DNA of 64,000 nucleotides, from positions 94,820-158,819 of the forward strand of contig JAEOSK010000001.1 of assembly GCA_016840405.1 (NCBI GenBank). Direction: 5' to 3'. Shown here one piece after another: positions 58,057 through 64,000 of this stretch. Every line of letters begins with the position of its first letter. Within the stretch, counting starts at the first letter, position 1. The translations under genes were made by a program, and so were the position numbers. The notes below the pieces were generated by a model that was given only the letters and a program-made list of their open reading frames with translations, made no database searches and was not told where the DNA came from. This DNA comes from Candidatus Hermodarchaeum yapensis (GTDB lineage: Archaea; Asgardarchaeota; Hermodarchaeia; Hermodarchaeales; Hermodarchaeaceae).

Positions 58057-61000
58057 TTAAGCTATCTGAATGTTGATTTGGAGTGTTTCTGGATAGCCCG
58101 GCTTGAGAGCGAGTTCGTAGAGAAGTACTCCTTTAGTTTCACGCCGTTCTGCGACCACTGGCTGTTTAGGCAAATGAACTTGCGCCCCTGCCAATTGAAT
58201 TGCGACGCCCTCAGAATCTTGTGACAAAGCTTCAACCGCGAGTATATGGAAAGTCACGGTTGCAGTCAGTTCTTCGGCAGCAACAAGCCATAGTTCGATT
58301 GCGATGTTGTTTTCACTAGGATCCCGAAGAGTTAGACAAGTGTATATTCCTTCATTAGAGTAGGTGCTACAAAGAATTGGGGTTTCATCATACCATATTA
58401 TGTCATTTGGTTGTGGTGATATTCGGAGGAATGGAAAGCTCCGAAGTTTTTGTGTGCTTTGACCATTAATATCAAGTTGCAGTTCGAATTGGAGATTGAA
58501 GCGGAAATGTTCATCAGCAAGGGTGATGTTAGTTTCAGCATCTTCTAGCCGGAATCCCGCGGTGAGTAAGGAATCTTCGCCTAGTTGAAAAGCCCAACGG
58601 CGTTCTAGTTGTTGGGCAAGTTTGGCTTGGTCTGGGGATCCAATTTGGCCCGCTTCTTGGAGTAATTCGGTCAGTTTCCGTCGTGCAGTGTCGATGTTCA
58701 TTTTTCCTTCGCTTAGAAAGCTAAATGTAAGGGGAACTTGGGCGTTGAGAATTCGATAGGCTAGCAATCGATTTACTGAATCCGAAGCATCGGTGGTTTC
58801 TAAGGCTTTGATGGCTTCAATGTAGGTTTGATTCCATTCTTCGAATATAGGTAATTGTGCAGGAATACTAGTGGCCATGGTTAATCGTGCGCGCATGAGT
58901 TGGTCATATTGGGATAAGGCTGCTTCAATGTCATGGGGATCTCCTTGGGTTGAAGCTGTTTGGAGTGCCTTCTGAATTTGTGTTGTCGCTCTACGAAGAA
59001 GTCGTAACCGTTGAGGGACAGAGGGAGTAATCGTGGCTAGTTTTGCGGTTGCTGTGCCAGCCGCGCTCAAGGCGAGTATCTGACTTGTTGTGTCGCCACG
59101 TGAGGAAGCGGCTTTAGCTAATCTCTGAGCGAATTGCTCACTTTGTGTCAGAAGCTGTTCCCATTGTGAATCCTCTTCTGGGCGTTCATCGTGGACTAGT
59201 TCGTTAATATCGCGTAATAGTAAGAATCCAAAAGGAAACGTCTCGTCGGTCAACTCGGACGATGAAGGTGTGAAGGTGAATGTCTTTTCGGCAAAATCAC
59301 GTGCATCTTCTTTTAGTTTTGATATTTTTTTGGCTTCTTGGGTTTCACGGAGTCGCTGAATAACAATCCATACTAGTACAGAACCTGCCTTCAGTGTTTC
59401 ATTACGTTTTTTGGCTTTAACATGGGTAACAAGTGCTGTTGAAGCAAACTCTTCTAGTTTATCAAGTTCCTTTGATGGGAAGGTTGCTAGGATTTTCCCT
59501 GAGGAATCCGGGATTGTTTTGGTAAGTAGGAGTTGAAGGGCGAGCTGTGCGCGAATTTGTGGATCCTTTGTTTGGAAGTAAAGCTGTTCATTGAGTTGAT
59601 GGCTTTGTTCCAAGAGATGCTTTGCTGATTCACTTAATGTTTCAGCTGGATATTGAGCTAAATGGAAGGCTACAGCTGAAATAACCTCCAAATCATGTTC
59701 GCTAATTTTTGCAATCTTTTTACTTTTGGCAATAATTCGATTCGTATGTTCTGTTGCTGTTTTGAGAAGTTCTTGTTTTTCTTCATCAGGAGCCGTATCT
59801 GCTAAGCGAAGCAGCGCTTGGATAAATTCCCGATTCAGGACTTTGTATTTCGCAGGTTCGGTGCCAAGTTGTTGTAGTTGCTTGATGATAGTTTGTTGGA
59901 ATTGTACATGTAATTGGGCTATTTGATACCGTGATTCACGGCTAGAAAGTTGCGGAATTAGTCTACTGATGATTGTGTCAATCCGTTTTGAAGTACGCAA
60001 GAGGAACGTTTCATCCGCTGGACGATCAAGGAGTGGCGTAGTACTAACAAAGGTTTGTAAGACACCCGTTACTGCTTCTTCAAGCGCTTCAATTGGGTCG
60101 GAGGGAATCTCTCCAATTAAATGAACTAGGTGCTCCAGTTGTTTAACCGCACCACTTAGACTATCATTAGCCCGGTAGTGAAAAGTTGCAGTTCTTGAAA
60201 AACGGAGACTGCGCAGTAAGTCATCTCCAAATGCCTTTCCTGGTTTTCCTTGAGCAAGTTCAAACCATATTTGACTAGCTCGTGTGGCTAGTTTTGCTGT
60301 TAAATACGCATCACGTAGTTCTACGGCTGCGTTCATTGCAGTCGTGATTTGGGTTAACTGAGATTGACGAAGCTTTGCGGTGGTCATGGTTTGTTCGATT
60401 CTGTCCTTCAAATGGTGTTCACTTAGATCTAGAATCTCGAGGCTATCCATGGCTTGAAGGGCGGTAAGAATTGTCATTCCTTGAGTGTCACCACGTTGTT
60501 TTATTGCTTGAAACAAGCTCTTCCAACATTTTTGTAATTTCCGTAATTGGACAATTAGTTTCGTCGGTTCTGTTTCTTCAATTAATGTTAAAAGAACTGG
60601 TTTGGCTTTGGTGATTTGATATGCGAGTAGTGAACGCCTTTGATACTTTTCAGTAAAATCAATGAGTTGCTGATATTCCGCTTTCAATGTCGTTTCAGGC
60701 ACTACAAGAAGACGATGAAGGAAGACCATGAGGATTCTGTCTATGGTTTGTGCTTGGGTTGTTTCTAGGGTCTCAAAAAGGGTTGAAATCGCAGATCCTT
60801 CGAGAGCAAGGAGTTCAAGACGATGATCTCCTTCTGGAGCGGTGCCTATCAACCAATGGATTTTCCATAACAATTCGAGGGGTTCAACTTTTCTTTTTGC
60901 AGTAATATTTGCCAAAATACGTTCCATGTGTCGTCGACCCGCTTGCCGAGCTTCGAGGGCTTCTCGGATTGAAATCTCCGTTAATTTGGCTAACTTAACT

Positions 61001-61140
61001 GCATCAATTAGCTTATTCTCAGCTAAAAATAACTGAGCCAATTCACTAACACCATTGGCTTCTATTTGCTTACGAATCTTTGCAGGAAAATTAGCAATAT
61101 CTGCAATCGGAATGGAGGGTTGACCTACCATATTTAGCAC
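58057..61140 (-). CDS. Large alpha-helical protein with HhH-like N-terminus and beta-rich C-terminus
   Basis: 1027-aa ORF; ~800 aa of amphipathic helices. Confidence 0.7.
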   Translation of the reverse strand: MLNMVGQPSIPIADIANFPAKIRKQIEANGVSELAQLFLAENKLIDAVKLAKLTEISIREALEARQAGRRHMERILANITAKRKVEPLELLWKIHWLIGTAPEGDHRLELLALEGSAISTLFETLETTQAQTIDRILMVFLHRLLVVPETTLKAEYQQLIDFTEKYQRRSLLAYQITKAKPVLLTLIEETEPTKLIVQLRKLQKCWKSLFQAIKQRGDTQGMTILTALQAMDSLEILDLSEHHLKDRIEQTMTTAKLRQSQLTQITTAMNAAVELRDAYLTAKLATRASQIWFELAQGKPGKAFGDDLLRSLRFSRTATFHYRANDSLSGAVKQLEHLVHLIGEIPSDPIEALEEAVTGVLQTFVSTTPLLDRPADETFLLRTSKRIDTIISRLIPQLSSRESRYQIAQLHVQFQQTIIKQLQQLGTEPAKYKVLNREFIQALLRLADTAPDEEKQELLKTATEHTNRIIAKSKKIAKISEHDLEVISAVAFHLAQYPAETLSESAKHLLEQSHQLNEQLYFQTKDPQIRAQLALQLLLTKTIPDSSGKILATFPSKELDKLEEFASTALVTHVKAKKRNETLKAGSVLVWIVIQRLRETQEAKKISKLKEDARDFAEKTFTFTPSSSELTDETFPFGFLLLRDINELVHDERPEEDSQWEQLLTQSEQFAQRLAKAASSRGDTTSQILALSAAGTATAKLATITPSVPQRLRLLRRATTQIQKALQTASTQGDPHDIEAALSQYDQLMRARLTMATSIPAQLPIFEEWNQTYIEAIKALETTDASDSVNRLLAYRILNAQVPLTFSFLSEGKMNIDTARRKLTELLQEAGQIGSPDQAKLAQQLERRWAFQLGEDSLLTAGFRLEDAETNITLADEHFRFNLQFELQLDINGQSTQKLRSFPFLRISPQPNDIIWYDETPILCSTYSNEGIYTCLTLRDPSENNIAIELWLVAAEELTATVTFHILAVEALSQDSEGVAIQLAGAQVHLPKQPVVAERRETKGVLLYELALKPGYPETLQINIQIA

Positions 61141-61529
61141 CGCCTATTCACTAGGAAGGGAAGGAATACAAGGATAAGAAATTTTGCTGAACGGCGTTAC
61201 TTGGCTTTTGCTCTCGCAGATTCAATACGTTGGTTAAGACCTGTTCCAAGTTCCTCAACTACCTCATCTAGATAAAGTGATCATAACGCTTTTTGTACAA
61301 ATACAGCATTTATCGCAAAGTTGCTAGCAACAACTAGTAGCTTATCCCAGAATGCCCTTTTTCTTTCACACAAATATAAAAGACACGTAGCAAATTCCCC
61401 TGTGCGAGTAATTTTTTTAAATAGGCTGATATGAGGTTCAGAATGGCGATGTTAAAAGCGCTCTTAAAACTTCATCAAGAAATACTATGATTCGACTTAA
61501 AGAGCCGAGGATCGCCTAAAAAATTAACA

Positions 61530-62369
61530 GTGTCAAACATGGTTGGAATACTTATTGCAGCGGCCCTCACCACTGGGATAGCGTTTCCACTTATCTATCT
61601 ATTTTGGCGTGCTTCCAAGACATCCGCCTTTACAATCCTTCCTTTCTTGCTCCAATTACCCATGAGTTTGGTGCTCAACTTGACGGTCAAGCCGTGGCTG
61701 AACACTGTAATTGTTGGGCTTGGATTGCCAATACAAGCAATGCTTCTCCTACTCCTTTTTGTGGCACCTTTCACGGAGGAGGCGGTCAAGCTATTAGGTC
61801 TTTCCCTACTCTTTCTTCGCTGCTTTACTCGCCACGATGTTGGAGAAAACCAAGGGATACCTGCCTGGCGTTGGCTTCGAACGGTGGGTGTTATGAGCGG
61901 AATGGGCTTTGGCGTTGGTGAAATCTGGGCTGTTGCAGTATTAGTAGTTTTATATGAACCTCTTCTGGCGGTCTACCCTTGGTTCTTTTATCAGGGATTC
62001 ATAATTGAACGCTTCGAAGTCGTCTTCATCCACGGCCTATTCGGTTTGGTGAGTTACTGGGGGTATCGCCGATGGTTACCTGCCACCTATCTTGCTGCCG
62101 TGGGACTACATGCCACACTTAACGCGCCGATTATCCTATATCAATTGGGACTCCTTCCAGCGATGCACTTGTCCCTCTACGTCACACTCTTCTGCGTCAT
62201 CAGTTTGGCTGTGATGATTACTACTCTGACAGCCAAGGACCACCGCAAACGGCGCCGTTCTCAATTAGAAACGACTGATAAGCCGGTCACGACTGAAAAG
62301 GTTAAGAGACAACCGGAAGACCGCATAGTCCGCAATGCCAAGGATAACAGCGACGAGGCTCAGGATTAG
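61530..62369 (+). CDS. PrsW/YhfC-like intramembrane glutamic/metalloprotease
   Basis: APFTEEAVK, GMGFGVGE, ER...H, HATLN. Confidence 0.75.
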   Translation: MSNMVGILIAAALTTGIAFPLIYLFWRASKTSAFTILPFLLQLPMSLVLNLTVKPWLNTVIVGLGLPIQAMLLLLLFVAPFTEEAVKLLGLSLLFLRCFTRHDVGENQGIPAWRWLRTVGVMSGMGFGVGEIWAVAVLVVLYEPLLAVYPWFFYQGFIIERFEVVFIHGLFGLVSYWGYRRWLPATYLAAVGLHATLNAPIILYQLGLLPAMHLSLYVTLFCVISLAVMITTLTAKDHRKRRRSQLETTDKPVTTEKVKRQPEDRIVRNAKDNSDEAQD

Positions 62370-63005
62370 CCAATCGAATCCTGAACCTTGAAGGAGTCCA
62401 ATGTAGGGAACGAGCATTGCGGGAAGAACTATTAACGTACTGATTTGATATGCTTCATAGACCGTACTGACCCGACCCGAGATGATGACAGTAAATCCGA
62501 CAGCCAGAGCCGAGAAGAGGGGGGGCATAATCAACGCTTGGACGACATCCAGTAGAGTGGGCCACACCCACAGCAAGAAGGGTGCCATAAAGAGGAGCAT
62601 CCCGTTCATTATGCCAATGGCCAAGATGAAGTTAGCATAAGCGACTACCAAACCCGGCACAATGGCGGTGAGGCTCTTGCCAAGTAACAGCTCTGAATCG
62701 GTAAGCGGCGTAGCCAGTAAGGGGACTAGGGTGTGGCGCTCTTTCTCGCCTACAATGGAATCAGCAGCAATCATTACGGGTAATATCACCGGCATCATGA
62801 CGACGACCAGACCCATTGTGGAGGCCATCATTAAACGGTAGAGGAAAGGATCCGGGAGTGCAGGCATGGCAATGGTAAACCACGCCATAAACATAGAAAA
62901 CATGACAGAGAATATGATAACCATCACAGGGATGGATTTAACTTGGCGACTCTTGAAGACCATACGGATTTCAGTACGAGCCATTACCCACGCTTTTTTC
63001 AGCAT
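62265..63005 (-). CDS. ABC-2 type transporter permease
   Basis: AADSIVGEKERHTLVPLLATPL...ELLLGK; six TM helices. Confidence 0.9.
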   Translation of the reverse strand: MLKKAWVMARTEIRMVFKSRQVKSIPVMVIIFSVMFSMFMAWFTIAMPALPDPFLYRLMMASTMGLVVVMMPVILPVMIAADSIVGEKERHTLVPLLATPLTDSELLLGKSLTAIVPGLVVAYANFILAIGIMNGMLLFMAPFLLWVWPTLLDVVQALIMPPLFSALAVGFTVIISGRVSTVYEAYQISTLIVLPAMLVPYIGLLQGSGFDWLILSLVAVILGIADYAVFRLSLNLFSRDRLISRF

Positions 63006-63029
63006 ACGTTCATCGACCTCCGATGACTT

Positions 63030-63311
63030 TCAGTAGATATCTTCGAGACTGAGCATACATTTCCGGAGTTCCACGATATGCAGACTAGCTTCAATGAGTG
63101 AACGATTGATAGGGGGATTGGTGCGGTCGGCTTCCTCTACTCCAAAGACGACGTGTCCGTCTTCCATCTTTACTTTCGTAGATTTTCCTGCAGCATTCGG
63201 ACCTAAAAAGCCAAAGATTTCTCCCTTTTGGACTTCCAAGCTAACATTGTTAACGACCATAATATCACCAAACTGCTTGGTTAAATCGTGGATTTCAATT
63301 TATATTATCAT
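63030..63311 (-). pseudogene. ABC transporter ATP-binding protein remnant (nonsense codon plus large internal deletion)
   Basis: ATG ATA ATA TAA, then IEIHDLTKQFG...GPNAAGKST joined in frame to a C-terminal SLEDIY segment; no signature motif or Walker B. Confidence 0.85.
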
Positions 63312-63762
63312 ATCTTTTCTTGAAGTGATGTATTCTCATATTTCCTAATAGCGCCTTTAGAATATAACAATAAGTGATTATTCCACTTGCAGATGCAATA
63401 GTTATTTGGTATTGGAATCCAGATGAGCCTCAAGATATGCTGCCAAACAGAGGAGACTCAGTGCCAAACCTAGTTTTTACAATGTGCATATAGTTACAAC
63501 TTGTGACCTCGGAAAGTGAGCCCAAATGGTGAGTCCGCCTTTTATAAGACGCTGACCATGGCATTCTTCGGTGATTAACAAAATGCACACCTATAATAAT
63601 TATGAAGGCACGGACAAAGAACAGCGGGCACGAATCATTAAGGATATCTACACATTTGCTTGCCGTCGCTAAGCAACTTGCTTGGATTCTTGGACGTGCC
63701 CTGGAACTGCTGGGGCTCGGGCAAATGGGTACGGGTCCCCTTTTCTCTTTCTATCTTCAGTT

Positions 63763-64000
63763 TTAGATGCCAAAGATGCGTTTGTATTTGGTTTCAAGGT
63801 ATTCAATGAAAGGCTTGGCGTTTAAGCCTTCACCGGTAACTTGCTTGACTAAGTCTTGGGGATAGTAAATGTTCCCTTTGCTGTGCACGTGGTCGATCAT
63901 CCATTGCAGGATGTTCTTGAATTTGCCTTTCGCGATCTGGTCCAGCCAATCGGGGATGTCTTTCACCATCATAGCGAGGAATTGGCCACCGTAGATGTTG
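63763..64000 (-). CDS. M32 carboxypeptidase, C-terminal part (runs off the window)
   Basis: NIYGGQF...GKFKNILQWMIDHVHSKG...VTGEGLNAKPFIEYL. Confidence 0.85.
   Translation of the reverse strand, partial: NIYGGQFLAMMVKDIPDWLDQIAKGKFKNILQWMIDHVHSKGNIYYPQDLVKQVTGEGLNAKPFIEYLETKYKRIFGI

Noticed and set aside
61197-61350. Minus-strand fragment (DKLLVVASNFAINAVFVQKAL*SLYLDEVVEELG) resembling a Roadblock C-terminal half
   Set aside because: Short, interrupted by a stop and without a start; similarity is too weak to call without a search.

Overview
Archaeal chromosomal window, most likely from an Asgard archaeon. This is inferred from a longin-like protein, a MIT-domain protein, a Roadblock protein, a Rab-like GTPase, eL33 and archaeal TATA/GGTGA signals. 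Housekeeping content: AsnRS, PheRS alpha/beta, XPB helicase with Bax1/DUF790 nuclease, dUTPase, NTPase, class III RNR (NrdD, NrdH-like, NrdG), PAC2, GTPBP1-like GTPase, M42 peptidase and a deoC-aor pair. A ~13.5 kb surface-glycan cluster carries a nonulosonic (sialic-type) acid pathway and a fused ComDE. The most interesting signal lies outside the ORF track. (1) Four IS200/IS605 tnpB genes are all broken by in-frame stops. (2) Two tnpB-less miniature elements keep IS ends, a TATA box and an omega-RNA scaffold that covaries with those tnpB families, and carry structured RNA in place of the gene. (3) A dual-guide C/D box sRNA has predicted LSU rRNA targets matching the eukaryote-conserved yeast Am2256/Am2281 sites. 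(4) A promoter-preceded ~220-nt structured RNA carries group I intron-like core motifs. Protein-level highlights are a MITD1-like MIT+PLD protein, a catalytically dead TPR-CHAT protein, a PIN-helical protein placed between XPB and Bax1, and a possible histone-fold fusion. All calls come from reading the sequence; no database searches were run.
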